Counted from the first letter of the stretch, positions 48,220 through 58,714 are shown. The stretch is 64,000 nt of DNA from Alkalispirochaeta sp. (GCA_965242725.1 CBDESZ010000030.1:84240-148239), one strand, 5' to 3'. The notes: generated by a model not told the origin, from the letters alone. Numbers and translations: made by a program.

Positions 48220-50690
48220 ACTCCTCCGGCGGCGCGGCGCAGTACTTCGGCACCGGACTGTTTTGTCGTGACCGAGTGCCCCGGCAGCGGAACGATCTGC
48301 TCATGGATCGCGTCTATGATCCACTCCGCCTGGGGAAAGAATGCGTCCTCCAGCTCCTTCGCGGGAGTGATCCAGTTTCTGCTTCCCACCACGACGGGCG
48401 GAGCGTCAAGTTCGTCAAAGGCAACCCGGGCGACCGAACCGGCTATGGTGTGGAGGAAACTGCCCCGTTCCACGGCGTCACTTGCAAGAACAAGTCGCCC
48501 CGTCTTGCGCACCGACGCCACGATAGGTTCGATATCGAGGGGATTGATGAATCGCGCGTCGATGACCTCCGCGCTCACTCCGTATTTCTCCTGAAGGGTG
48601 TCCGCCGCCTCTATTGCACGGTAGAGGGTCGCACCGATGGTGACGATGGTCACATCCGTCCCTTCCCGTTTGACCTCCGGCTGTCCCTCGGGTATCTCGT
48701 AGTAGCCTTCGGGCACCCCTTCCGTATGGAAGAGCTCGCCCACATCGTAAATGCGCTGACTCTCAAAGAAGACGACGGGATCACTGCCGTGGAGGGCAAG
48801 GTTGAGCATTCCTTTGGCGTCGTAGGGCGTCGCGGGGAAATACACTTTCAACCCCGGTATGTGGGCTACCATGCTCGTCCAGTCCTGACTGTGCTGGGCG
48901 CCGTATTTGCTGCCCACGGAAACACGCAGGACCAGGGGCATTTTGAGGACGCCGGCGCTCATGGATTGCCACTTCGCCATCTGGTTGAATATCTCGTCGC
49001 CGGCCCGGCCCATGAAGTCGTTGTACATGAGCTCCACCACGGCGCGTCCCCCGGCGAGGGCGTATCCGACGCCGCTGCCGGCGATCGCTCCCTCGGAGAT
49101 GGAGGTATTGAAGAGGCGGTGGTAGGGAAGAAGCTCCGTGAGTCCCCGATAGACGGCGAAGGCGCCGCCCCAGTCGCGATTCTCTTCCCCGTAGGCGACC
49201 ATCGTGGGATCTATGGCAAAACGGTGCGCCATCGCCTCGAAGAGGGCGTCCCTGAGGGCAAAGACCTTCAGTTTGGAAACGGGTTTGCCCTCGTCGTCCA
49301 GGCCGAACCTGACCTTGCGCTTCAGCTGCTGGACCCGTTCATTTTCTTCCAGGGGCTGCAGGAGTTCCGGTTCCCGGTCGTCCCACTTCTCCGTCGGGGT
49401 ATTGCTGAACATGTACGATTCGATCTCTTCCGGCGCCATGTAGGGACTCACGGCAGGGTCGGTGGCGAGACGTGTCGTTTGAATGATCTTCTCCTTGGCG
49501 CGACGGTCGTACCCTTCCAGTGTCGCCTCGTCGGCAATGCCGTTCTCAAGCAGATAGGCGCGGTACCCCGCAATGGCGTCGTTTTCCTGCCACGCCTCGA
49601 GCTCTTCCTTGGTTCTGTAGCTGGACGCGTCCGACGGGGAGTGGCCGCTGTAGCGGTAGGTCACCGTATCAAGGAGTACCGGCCCCCTCCCCTCAAGAAG
49701 GATCTTCTTCTTCCGGGCGATCGCGTCGGCGACGGCAAGGGGATTGTACCCATCCACCCGTTCTGCATGCATATTGTCGGGATTGACGCCGGCTCCCATA
49801 CGCGCGAGCACCCGAAAGCCCATCGTCTCTCCGACGGGCTGCCCGCCCATTCCGTAGAAATTGTTGAGGAAATTGAAGAGAACCGGAGGCGCACCACCCA
49901 CATGGTCCGGCCAGAGGGAGCGATACTGCTCCATGGAAGCGAGCATCATCGCCTCCCACACGGGACCGCAGCCGGCGGAGGCGTCGCCGATATTTGCAAG
50001 GACGATGCCGTCTTTCCTGTTTACCCGTTTATAGAGGGCAGCTCCCATGGCGATATCGGCGCTTCCCCCGACGATTGCGTTATTCGGCATCGAGCCGAAG
50101 GGCGCAAAGAAGGCGTGCATGGAACCGCCGAGTCCGCGGTTGAAGCCGGTCTCCCGGGCAAAGATTTCCGCAAGCGTTCCGTACAGGACGAAATCCTCCG
50201 CGGCGGAGACGATGTCGCCGTCCTCGGCCCCACCTTCCCGACGGGCACGCTCGACAACCCGCAACGCCGCACCGTCGAAATAGGATTCCATGGCGGAGCG
50301 CAGCTCCTCCTCGGAGAGGCGCGTCACCGCGGCAAAGGACTTGGCAAGAATCTCTCCGTGGCTGCGGTGACTTCCGAATACGAGGTCCGCAACGTCGAGG
50401 TTCATGCTGAGTCCCACCACGGCGCTTTCCTGACCGATGGAGAGGTGCGCCGGTCCACCGTGGTTGTATTCGATCCCTTCGTAGCTGCCGCTCATTTTGA
50501 TGCTGTTGAGCATCGTTTCAAACTCCCGGATCAGCTGCATATCGTAATAGGCGCGGACGAGACGCTCTTTTCCGTAGGTCTTCAGTTCCTTTTTTGCGTC
50601 ACCTTTGTACTGGTTTACCGGGATGGGATCGATGTTCAATGTCTGCGCCGCACGGGCGTTTTTCGGATCGACAAATAGTGTTTTCGGCAT
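48216..50690 (-). CDS. Fused E1 alpha/beta ThDP-dependent dehydrogenase (acetoin/2-oxoacid dehydrogenase family)
   Basis: [21 protein letters not shown]...NN ThDP motif, YRYSGHS; beta domain [24 protein letters not shown]. Confidence 0.9.
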   Translation of the reverse strand: MPKTLFVDPKNARAAQTLNIDPIPVNQYKGDAKKELKTYGKERLVRAYYDMQLIREFETMLNSIKMSGSYEGIEYNHGGPAHLSIGQESAVVGLSMNLDVADLVFGSHRSHGEILAKSFAAVTRLSEEELRSAMESYFDGAALRVVERARREGGAEDGDIVSAAEDFVLYGTLAEIFARETGFNRGLGGSMHAFFAPFGSMPNNAIVGGSADIAMGAALYKRVNRKDGIVLANIGDASAGCGPVWEAMMLASMEQYRSLWPDHVGGAPPVLFNFLNNFYGMGGQPVGETMGFRVLARMGAGVNPDNMHAERVDGYNPLAVADAIARKKKILLEGRGPVLLDTVTYRYSGHSPSDASSYRTKEELEAWQENDAIAGYRAYLLENGIADEATLEGYDRRAKEKIIQTTRLATDPAVSPYMAPEEIESYMFSNTPTEKWDDREPELLQPLEENERVQQLKRKVRFGLDDEGKPVSKLKVFALRDALFEAMAHRFAIDPTMVAYGEENRDWGGAFAVYRGLTELLPYHRLFNTSISEGAIAGSGVGYALAGGRAVVELMYNDFMGRAGDEIFNQMAKWQSMSAGVLKMPLVLRVSVGSKYGAQHSQDWTSMVAHIPGLKVYFPATPYDAKGMLNLALHGSDPVVFFESQRIYDVGELFHTEGVPEGYYEIPEGQPEVKREGTDVTIVTIGATLYRAIEAADTLQEKYGVSAEVIDARFINPLDIEPIVASVRKTGRLVLASDAVERGSFLHTIAGSVARVAFDELDAPPVVVGSRNWITPAKELEDAFFPQAEWIIDAIHEQIVPLPGHSVTTKQSGAEVLRRAAGGV

Positions 50691-50710
50691 AGATTTCCTC
50701 CGTCCGGCGA

Positions 50711-51937
50711 CTATCGCGCCAGGGTTAGTTCAAAGTTTGCGATACCTTCGGCGACGGCCTGCAGAACGCGTGCCGCCGGCGCGCCGTCCACGGCGCGATG
50801 GTCGATCGTCAGGGAGAGCCCGATCCGGGGGATGACTTCTCCGTCGTCGTCAAAGCCCTTTACGATCGATCCGACACCGAGAATGCCCACCTGCGGCGTA
50901 TTGAGCACCGGCGTAAAATGTTCGACACCCAATCCGCCGAGGTTGGTGACGGTAAAAGTCGCCGCGGCGAGATCATCCGCCGTGGCGGTTCCCGCAACCG
51001 CCCGCTCCGCCAGGGCCCGCGTCTCTTCGGCAAGAACGCTCAGGCTTTTTCCGTTTGCACCCCTGATCGTCGGCACGAGGAGGCCCCGCGGTGTATCTAC
51101 CGCGAAACCGAGATCGACCTGCTCAAACCGGCGAATTACCGAATCGAGGAAGTGGGCATTCATCTCGGGGTAGTCGGAAATTACCCGGGTCACGACAAAG
51201 TTCACCATGTCGTTAATTGAAATCCGCAATCCCTCCGCCGCCTTTACTTTGGCGCGGTAGGCAAGGAGGGCGCGGGCATCGGCCTTGCGATGGAGGGTAA
51301 GCTGGGCGGAGTTTTGAAGGCTCGCGAGCATCCGCGTGGCGATCGTCTTGCGGACGCCCGTCACCGGAACATCGGTAAAAGCCGCCCCCCGGTCTACCTT
51401 CGCCGTGGATACGCCTTCCTTTTCAGCCGCACGGACATCCCGTTCAATGACGCGACCGCCGGGACCGCTCCCCTTGAGCGTCGACGGATCGATGCCGGCT
51501 GCTTCCGCACGCTTTCTTGCCCGGGGGCTGACACGAACCTTTCCGGTGGAAAAGGAACGCACTACCTGCGCCTCCGCCGCCCCGCCTTCCGCGCCTGCGA
51601 CCCGGGCCTCCTGCGACGCCGAAGGCGTATCTTCTTCCTCTGTTCGATCATCTTTGCCGCCACCGTCACCGGGAGCGCCGTCGGGGGGAGTCTCACCTTT
51701 CCGTCCCACCGCGACGAGAGGTTCCTTGACGGGGACCTCGTCACCTTCCCGGGCGTACAACTTGAGGACGGTGCCCGCGGCAGTGGATTCCACCTCCATC
51801 GTCGCCTTGTCCGTCTCGATATCGCAGAGGATGTCCCCCACCGCGACATTGTCCCCTTCGGAGACACGCCAGGAAATGACGATACAGCTTTCCACGCTAT
51901 TGCCGGCTTGCGGCATGACTACTATCTCAGCCATCAT
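50711..51937 (-). CDS. Dihydrolipoamide acyltransferase (E2)
   Basis: Lipoyl [39 protein letters not shown]. Confidence 0.93.
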   Translation of the reverse strand: MMAEIVVMPQAGNSVESCIVISWRVSEGDNVAVGDILCDIETDKATMEVESTAAGTVLKLYAREGDEVPVKEPLVAVGRKGETPPDGAPGDGGGKDDRTEEEDTPSASQEARVAGAEGGAAEAQVVRSFSTGKVRVSPRARKRAEAAGIDPSTLKGSGPGGRVIERDVRAAEKEGVSTAKVDRGAAFTDVPVTGVRKTIATRMLASLQNSAQLTLHRKADARALLAYRAKVKAAEGLRISINDMVNFVVTRVISDYPEMNAHFLDSVIRRFEQVDLGFAVDTPRGLLVPTIRGANGKSLSVLAEETRALAERAVAGTATADDLAAATFTVTNLGGLGVEHFTPVLNTPQVGILGVGSIVKGFDDDGEVIPRIGLSLTIDHRAVDGAPAARVLQAVAEGIANFELTLAR

Positions 51938-52710
51938 TTCTCCTTTTCTGGTCGATCAACGATTCGTACATCCCTTCCCCGGGCCAAAAGTTCCTCTCTC
52001 ATATCCGCGGGGATGCCGGAATCGGTAATGAGCACATCGATATCTGCAATTTCAAGGACCCGGACAAAACCGACCTTACCGCACTTTGAACTGTCCGCAA
52101 CGGCGATCGTACGGTCCGCCTGAGCGGCCATTTTGCGTACGATCTCGGCGCCTTCCACCAGATGGGTAGTGAATCCGGCGTCAAGGGTGAAGCCGTCGGT
52201 TCCGACAAAAGCCTGCCTCACGTGGAACCTTGAGAGGTCTTCAATCGCCAGCGGACCGACGAGGCTCTCCGTTGTCGGGCGATATTCACCGCCGATCATT
52301 GTCATACGTATTCCCGGATTTCCCCGTCCATACGCAAGGGCGAGGGCGTTATTGGTCACCACCATCACATCACGCCGCCCCAGGAGGTAGCGAACGATGA
52401 GAGCGGTAGTCGTTCCCGCTTCAATCATCACCGTGTCGCCGTCCTCGACCATTTCCGCCGCCGCCTTGGCAATACTTCGTTTGACCGCATCATTTGTCTG
52501 CCGGCGTTCAAGGATTCGGGGATGAAAGGTTGATACGGCACCGCCATGGGTACGGATGAGATAGCCCTTCTCTTCCAGCGCATTGAGATAGGAACGGATA
52601 CTGACTTGAGATACTCCTAATTCATCGGCGAGCCGGGCTACCCCCGTCGACGGATCATCGGCGAGGTAGGAGAGGATCTCGCGCTCACGATCGGTTATAT
52701 TCGGCGTCAT
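51934..52710 (-). CDS. DeoR/GlpR family regulator (copy 2)
   Basis: LADELGVSQVSIRS HTH, RTHGGA, IEAGTT, ADSSKCG; overlaps the E2 start. Confidence 0.92.
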   Translation of the reverse strand: MTPNITDREREILSYLADDPSTGVARLADELGVSQVSIRSYLNALEEKGYLIRTHGGAVSTFHPRILERRQTNDAVKRSIAKAAAEMVEDGDTVMIEAGTTTALIVRYLLGRRDVMVVTNNALALAYGRGNPGIRMTMIGGEYRPTTESLVGPLAIEDLSRFHVRQAFVGTDGFTLDAGFTTHLVEGAEIVRKMAAQADRTIAVADSSKCGKVGFVRVLEIADIDVLITDSGIPADMREELLARGRDVRIVDRPEKEK

Positions 52711-52766
52711 GACTAAACCGAATCATAACTCAACCGTAAGTATTTCGCAAGTAATTCAAAGATCAA

Positions 52767-53720
52767 TTACAAGACCGGGTGAAGGGCAAAGTAGGTCACA
52801 AAGACGACGAGAGAGACGACGGTATACACGGAGAGCACGTTATTGGCGTAGATTCGTTCTTCCTCCTGGTCGGCTCTCATGAAGAGGGGAACGATATAAG
52901 GCGGAGGCAGGATGAGAAACGTTATGACCGCAGCCTCAAAGGCGGGATCAAGACGGAGGATGCGACGGATTATCACCTGGACCACCACGATCGTCACCGG
53001 TATGAGCACCACCGCCCTGGTCACAACGATGCCGACGGCATCCCGGATCCCCCGACGGGAGAGACGCATGCCGTAGCCGATGACGATGAGAATCGCGGGG
53101 ATCAGAAGCCCCCCCAGAAGATCGAAGGTTTCTATAACGGCACTTCCCACGGGAGACGCGCTGATTGCCGGCCCCGCTCCGGCCACGTTCAATACGGTGG
53201 CGCTCACAATTGCGATAATCAGGGGCGACGAAACAAAGCCGCGCACCGTTCCGGCGAGGCTGCTGATTCCGTCCCGCTTCGCCGTCAGAATTGTCGCCAG
53301 CACAAACCAGATGAAGAGCTCATGACTCAAATCAACGATGGCAATATACCCCACATTTGAAAGACCGTAGGCGGTGCCGAAGAGAGTGACCCCCAGCATG
53401 CCGAATTCAAAACCCGTGGTGAGGTGGGGAAAATAGTCGTGCCTGATGGAGAATATACGTTTGAGGAGGTAGCCGTAGCCGAGAAGGCCCAGACAGATCA
53501 CGGCGATCGTCAAAAAGAGACCAAGAAAGGAGCGTTTCATTTCCATATCCAGGAATGCAACGAAAAGAACTGCAGGCAGTGCGATGTTCACCACCAGCCC
53601 TTTCAACTCGTCTACCGTTTCGGGACTGAGGATCTTCCTGGCGCGGATGCCGTTACCAAGGGCGATAAGAAAAATAATCGGCAGTACTTTTGCGACGACG
53701 CCGGCGATGTGAGGGCTGAT
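52767..53720 (-). CDS. AEC (auxin efflux carrier) family transporter; start uncertain
   Basis: About 10 TM helices; VVNIALPAVLF, FEFGMLG, SPLIIAI, LIVIGY, ILPPPY. Confidence 0.8.
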   Translation of the reverse strand: MSPHIAGVVAKVLPIIFLIALGNGIRARKILSPETVDELKGLVVNIALPAVLFVAFLDMEMKRSFLGLFLTIAVICLGLLGYGYLLKRIFSIRHDYFPHLTTGFEFGMLGVTLFGTAYGLSNVGYIAIVDLSHELFIWFVLATILTAKRDGISSLAGTVRGFVSSPLIIAIVSATVLNVAGAGPAISASPVGSAVIETFDLLGGLLIPAILIVIGYGMRLSRRGIRDAVGIVVTRAVVLIPVTIVVVQVIIRRILRLDPAFEAAVITFLILPPPYIVPLFMRADQEEERIYANNVLSVYTVVSLVVFVTYFALHPVL

Positions 53721-53770
53721 ACGCGCTCCTTTACTATCGGGTATCACCCATTTTACCGTATCGGCTGAAC

Positions 53771-53801
53771 AAAAAAAAGGCCCGCGGCATAACCGCGGGC
53801 C
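53771..53801 (-). terminator. Rho-independent terminator after the ABC SBP gene
   Basis: GGCCCGCGG-CATAA-CCGCGGGCC 9-bp stem with A8 (U8 on the minus strand). Confidence 0.9.
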
Positions 53802-53824
53802 CTTCCACAATCTCTGACTATGAA

Positions 53825-54937
53825 TCAGTCGTAGAGAAGAGGAGCGATATCGGAATCGTCCATATTCTCTGAGGTGTAGAACTTCGCGCCCGTATCGACA
53901 TCGGAGACTTCTTCTCCCATGTACGCCTTGTAGGCGAGCTCAACAGCCTTGTAACCGATCTGGCGGGGATCCTGGGTGATTGAACCGAGGAAATAACCCT
54001 GTCGTACGGCATTTTTCTGACCGGCGCCCGCGTCATACCCGACAACGACGACGTCGCTGTACTCGGTGGCAAACTCGGCACCATCGTTGGTGGCGGCGAG
54101 AAGACCCTTCACGGTCGCTTCATTGGAGCAGAAAATACCAAGAATGTTGTCCGATTCCACCCGGTTCAGAACGGCGTTTGCCGCAGAAGTGGCATCCTGT
54201 GCCGATGCGGAAGCGGGAACAACCATGTAAATGGTGACCGCTCTGCCGCTGGTCGGGCTGTCGTCGGCGATGTACGCAGCGTTTCCGGTGACACGAATGT
54301 TGCTCCGGCTCTTGCTCGTTTCATTGGCGATGAGGTCCACCATGGTGTCACGGAATCCGAAACCGCGGCTCAGCAGAGACTCACCCGAGGCGTCCTGGTT
54401 CATGACGACGATGGTGACCGGATTGGACGCTGAAGCGGCTTCGATGTCGTCCTGAATCTCGGCAAACATCTTCTCCGCGGCCAGTCCCGCAGCGGCATAG
54501 TTGTTGGTCGACGCGTTTGCGACGATGGAACCTTCCGGTGCATTGGGAACACCCGAGTCGAAACCGACAACGGGAATGCCCCGATCCCGGGCCTGCTCGA
54601 GCTGATCGATAACCGCATTTGTATCAAGTGCGGCAAGAGCGATAGCGGAGGGATTCTTGGCGAGCGCATTGTTCAGCATCTGTACCTGATCCTGAACGTC
54701 GCTCTCTGTCGGAGGACCTTCAAAGGTCATGTCGACGCCGTATTCTTCGGCCGCTTCTTCAGACCCGATACGAACCTGCTGCCAGAAGTCGTGCTGGAAG
54801 CCCTTGGAGATGACCGGAATGTACGGCGTCTCTCCGGCGCCGCCTTCAGCCTGCCCCGACGCAAAGAGGGGTGCACTGAACGCAAGCAACACTGTGAGAG
54901 CCATCAGAGCTGCAATTGTTCGCTTAGAAATACTCAT
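53825..54937 (-). CDS. Monosaccharide ABC transporter substrate-binding protein
   Basis: Signal peptide; ISKGFQHDFW, GFDSGV, STNNY, CSNE, GYDAG, ITQDP. Confidence 0.93.
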   Translation of the reverse strand: MSISKRTIAALMALTVLLAFSAPLFASGQAEGGAGETPYIPVISKGFQHDFWQQVRIGSEEAAEEYGVDMTFEGPPTESDVQDQVQMLNNALAKNPSAIALAALDTNAVIDQLEQARDRGIPVVGFDSGVPNAPEGSIVANASTNNYAAAGLAAEKMFAEIQDDIEAASASNPVTIVVMNQDASGESLLSRGFGFRDTMVDLIANETSKSRSNIRVTGNAAYIADDSPTSGRAVTIYMVVPASASAQDATSAANAVLNRVESDNILGIFCSNEATVKGLLAATNDGAEFATEYSDVVVVGYDAGAGQKNAVRQGYFLGSITQDPRQIGYKAVELAYKAYMGEEVSDVDTGAKFYTSENMDDSDIAPLLYD

Positions 54938-54991
54938 AAATACCTCCTGTATTTTTTACCTGAAACTCTCTGTTTCAGGGTTTTCTCCATA

Positions 54992-56278
54992 TTACTCCCG
55001 GGAGTTTTCTGATTCCCGCTCTTTCCTGAGAATCTCCTGAAACTCCCGCTCGGCGGCGCGTTCTGCCGCGCGCTGCCTGTCCATTTCTTCCTTTTCTTCA
55101 GCTTTCATTTTCCGATACGTCTCTGTCAACGTTCGCTTGGTCTCCCGCAACTCGTTCTGCAATTGCGAAACCTTCTCGTTGTCGCCGCTCTTCCTGGCGC
55201 CGGAAATCTGTTCCTTCAGCTCATCGATCTTTGAGAACATCGTGTTCCTGTACTGATCCGCCGGCGTCAGAATCTTCACTTCCGTCGCCTTCTTCGTCCG
55301 ATACATATCAAGCAGGACCGCGCCGATAACGACAACACCGGTGAAAAAGGTCTGATAGTGGGCCTGAAGATCCATGGAAGGCAGGCCGGTACTGAGGACC
55401 GACATGATGAAAACACCAATCAGCGTTCCCCATACTGAACCGATACCTCCCGACAGAGAGGTGCCTCCGATGACGGCTCCGGCAATGGCATACAGCTCAA
55501 AGCCCTGCCCCTGGGCGGGCATGACCGTCGTGTACGTTGCGGCAAAGGCGATCCCGCCGATTCCCGCGTAGGTGCCGGCGACGACGTACGCCATCATTTC
55601 CCATTTCCGTACATTCACTCCCGAAAGACGTGCCGCCTCTTTATTACTGCCGATTGCAAAGATATACCGTCCCATCTTCGTCTTGTTCAGAATGATGTGG
55701 GAAACGATAACCACGGCAAGCAACACGAGCGCCCCCGTTGGTATGGACAGATTATCTTCCGTAATGAGCTTGAAAATTCCTTTAAACCAGCCGTCCGCTT
55801 CGGATCGGGTGGGGAATGTGGCACTCCGCACATTTGAAACGATCGATCCCACGCCCATGGATATCATCATCGTACCGAGGGTGACGATGAAGGGGGGCAT
55901 ACCGATTCTCGACACCATCAGTCCATTGAATATGCCGAAAAGAATCGCCACAACAATGATAAGGATCAGGGAAAGTTCCATGGACAATCCCCACGTCTTG
56001 TATGCCGTTCCACCGATAATTGAGGCCGCCATCATGACCGTTCCGACGGAGAGGTCGATACCGCCGGATATGATGACGAAGGTTACACCGATCGAAATGA
56101 AACCGATGTAGTAGGACGCATCAATAATGTTTACAAAGGTGGCATACGAAAAAAAGTTTCGTCCAAAGAGCCCAAAAAATACATATAGAATTACGAGTGC
56201 CGCCGGAGCCATCAGCTTCTGTATGGCTTTCTGGCGGGTGCTTTTCTTATCCAGACTCGTACCGGTCATATCAGACAT
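54992..56278 (-). CDS. Monosaccharide ABC permease with a ~100-aa charged C-terminal coiled-coil tail
   Basis: GGIDLSVG, GSNKEAARLSG, IGGTSLSGG; E/K/R-rich tail after the last TM. Confidence 0.9.
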   Translation of the reverse strand: MSDMTGTSLDKKSTRQKAIQKLMAPAALVILYVFFGLFGRNFFSYATFVNIIDASYYIGFISIGVTFVIISGGIDLSVGTVMMAASIIGGTAYKTWGLSMELSLILIIVVAILFGIFNGLMVSRIGMPPFIVTLGTMMISMGVGSIVSNVRSATFPTRSEADGWFKGIFKLITEDNLSIPTGALVLLAVVIVSHIILNKTKMGRYIFAIGSNKEAARLSGVNVRKWEMMAYVVAGTYAGIGGIAFAATYTTVMPAQGQGFELYAIAGAVIGGTSLSGGIGSVWGTLIGVFIMSVLSTGLPSMDLQAHYQTFFTGVVVIGAVLLDMYRTKKATEVKILTPADQYRNTMFSKIDELKEQISGARKSGDNEKVSQLQNELRETKRTLTETYRKMKAEEKEEMDRQRAAERAAEREFQEILRKERESENSRE

Positions 56279-57800
56279 TCTCTTTTACTCCTATGGTGCT
56301 GACTTGCCGCATGGTGGCGTATTTCATGATCGCCTCCTGGCTCGCGTCGGCGATGTCGAGTTCACCGGTAACCCGACCCTCGCACATTACAATTATTCGA
56401 TCACTCATGCGCAGGATCTCCGGCAACTCAGAGGAAATCATGATAATCGACTTTCCCTCTTTCGCCAGTTCGTTCATGAGATGGTAAATTTCACTCTTTG
56501 CACCCACGTCTATTCCGCGGGTGGGTTCATCAAAAATCAAAATGTCGCTGTTGCGGATAAGCCATTTGGCGATAACCACCTTCTGCTGATTGCCGCCGGA
56601 AAGATTTCGCAGGAGCTGTTCCATCGAAGGGGTTCGAATCGTCAGTTTGTCGATATACTCCTGACCCACCTCGTCGATCTTTCCATAGTCGATAAAGGGA
56701 CCGGCTGCAAACTTGTCGTAGCTTGCCATCGCCATATTGTCGGAAACGGAAAGATTCAGAGCCAGTCCAAACCGTTTCCGATCCTCCGAAAGGTATCCGA
56801 TCCCATGGGCAACGGCGTCCTCGGGACTTCCGATCTTCGCGGGCTTTCCATGCACTTCAATCGTACCGCTCTGGACTTCATCGGCGCCAAAAATGGCGCG
56901 AGCCGTCTCCGTCCGCCCCGCCCCGATGAGACCGGCGAAACCGAGGATTTCTCCTTTCCGCAATTCAAAACCAACATCCTGGACGAGACGTCCCGCATTG
57001 AGATTGCTGACCCGGAGCACCACCTCCGCGTCTGCGGGGACATTGCTCTGCTCCTTCGGCTGCTCGTAAATGACGCGGCCGACCATCATGTTAATGATAT
57101 CCTGCTTGGTCACATCTGCGGTATTTGCGCTGCCTGCATTTTCACCGTCCCGCAATACGGTAACCCGGTCGGTTATTTGATCGATCTCATCGAGGCGGTG
57201 GGAAATGTGAATCATGGCGACGCCTTTGCCGGCGAGATCGCGCATAATGGTAAACAGCTCACGGATCTCAGTGTCCGTCAACGCGGCGGTCGGTTCGTCG
57301 AGAATGAGGATGCGGAGATCGTGAGATACCGCCTTGGCAATCTCCACCATCTGCTGACGTCCGACGGTAAGATTTCCAAGCATCTCCGCAGGATCGATAT
57401 TCATATTCAATCGTTTGAACAACTCAGCCGTCCGACGGTGCTGTTCGTTTTCGTCGAGAAGGATCCTGCTCTTGCCCATCGACTCCCGGCCGATAAAGAC
57501 ATTTTGCGCGACCGAAAGTTGATCCATGAGGTTGAGTTCCTGGTGGATAATCCCGATACCGAGGTCGAGAGCGTGCTTTGGATCCCGGGCATTGAAAGGT
57601 CTTCCAAAATAGCGGATTTCACCGGAATCCTTGGCGTGAATCCCCGTAAGCACCTTCATGAGAGTGGATTTACCGGCGCCGTTTTCTCCGACCAGAGCGT
57701 GAATCTCACCCCTGCGGAGTTCAAAATCGACCCCCTTCAGGGCGTGAACACCGGTAAAGCTTTTCTCGATATCCTTCATAGAAAGAATCGGATCTTGCAA
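56271..57800 (-). CDS. Monosaccharide ABC transporter ATP-binding protein
   Basis: GENGAGKST, LDEPT, LSGGNQQKV, FDEPTRGIDVGAK. Confidence 0.95.
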   Translation of the reverse strand: MQDPILSMKDIEKSFTGVHALKGVDFELRRGEIHALVGENGAGKSTLMKVLTGIHAKDSGEIRYFGRPFNARDPKHALDLGIGIIHQELNLMDQLSVAQNVFIGRESMGKSRILLDENEQHRRTAELFKRLNMNIDPAEMLGNLTVGRQQMVEIAKAVSHDLRILILDEPTAALTDTEIRELFTIMRDLAGKGVAMIHISHRLDEIDQITDRVTVLRDGENAGSANTADVTKQDIINMMVGRVIYEQPKEQSNVPADAEVVLRVSNLNAGRLVQDVGFELRKGEILGFAGLIGAGRTETARAIFGADEVQSGTIEVHGKPAKIGSPEDAVAHGIGYLSEDRKRFGLALNLSVSDNMAMASYDKFAAGPFIDYGKIDEVGQEYIDKLTIRTPSMEQLLRNLSGGNQQKVVIAKWLIRNSDILIFDEPTRGIDVGAKSEIYHLMNELAKEGKSIIMISSELPEILRMSDRIIVMCEGRVTGELDIADASQEAIMKYATMRQVSTIGVKENV

Positions 57801-57862
57801 CCTATATCTCCTTATATCTTATACCAACGTAATCGAAAGAAAGCGGGAAGACAACCGAAATG

Positions 57863-58714
57863 TCATCGATCCGATAATCCATATGTCTCCACCGCACACT
57901 GTCCCATGAGCCACTTCTGTTCGTCAGCAGTCATGGCGGCACAATACTCCCGTATCGTGCGAAACCATTTTCCATAGGACGCCGCAACGAGGCAGACAGG
58001 CCAGTCGCTGCCGAACATAAGCTGCCGGGGACCAAAGGACGCCACCACGTGGTCCAGATATGGTCTCAGACTCTCAAGCGTCCAGTGATCCCAGTCAGCT
58101 TCCGTAACCAATCCCGAAATCTTACAGGTTACGTTCTCCCGTTTTGCAAGTTCGGTGATATTCCGCTTCCACGGCTCCAGCACCCCCTCTGCGATTCTGG
58201 GCTTTGCAATGTGGTCAAGAACGAACTGATGATTCCGATGGCGATCGACAAAGTCCAGCACCTGAGGCAGCTGACGTTCCGTCACGAGGATATCGTAGAC
58301 CAGGTTGAACTCCTTCAGGAGTTCGACACCGCGATTAAAGGCGCTGCCGAGAATAAAATCGGGATCCGGTTCATCCTGCACCACGTGACGTACACCGGCC
58401 AGGAACGATCCGCCGGGTCCCTCCAGGCGGCGGGAAATTGCTTCTTCAACTGCAGGCTCGGCGAGAGGGAACCATCCGACCACCCCGCGAATGACGGAAT
58501 TGTCCGTCGCGACAGCAAGGAGCCGGTCCGTTTCCTGAAGGGTCTGCCGCGCCTGAACAACGACGCTCCCGTCTACACCGACCTCCGAAAGTGTTTCGGC
58601 AAGCAAATCGGGCCGAAAATCGCGTCGAATCGCCGCCATATCGTCACCGATCCACCCATATTCAGCCTTGTTGTAGTCCCAGAGATGGTGGTGTGCATCA
58701 ATAATCGTGCTCAT
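57863..58714 (-). CDS. Amidohydrolase, sugar-lactonase (L-fucono/L-galactono-lactonase-like)
   Basis: IDAHHHLW, VVQA, GVRH, LDHIAKP, CKISG, FGSDWPV. Confidence 0.85.
   Translation of the reverse strand: MSTIIDAHHHLWDYNKAEYGWIGDDMAAIRRDFRPDLLAETLSEVGVDGSVVVQARQTLQETDRLLAVATDNSVIRGVVGWFPLAEPAVEEAISRRLEGPGGSFLAGVRHVVQDEPDPDFILGSAFNRGVELLKEFNLVYDILVTERQLPQVLDFVDRHRNHQFVLDHIAKPRIAEGVLEPWKRNITELAKRENVTCKISGLVTEADWDHWTLESLRPYLDHVVASFGPRQLMFGSDWPVCLVAASYGKWFRTIREYCAAMTADEQKWLMGQCAVETYGLSDR

Noticed and set aside
47209..48594. 461-aa plus-strand ORF
   Set aside because: Antisense shadow of the SDR and E1 genes
48093..50678. 861-aa plus-strand ORF
   Set aside because: Antisense shadow of the E1 gene; no recognisable motifs; expected from GC-rich codon bias
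56127..57977. 616-aa plus-strand ORF
   Set aside because: Antisense to the well-supported ABC ATPase
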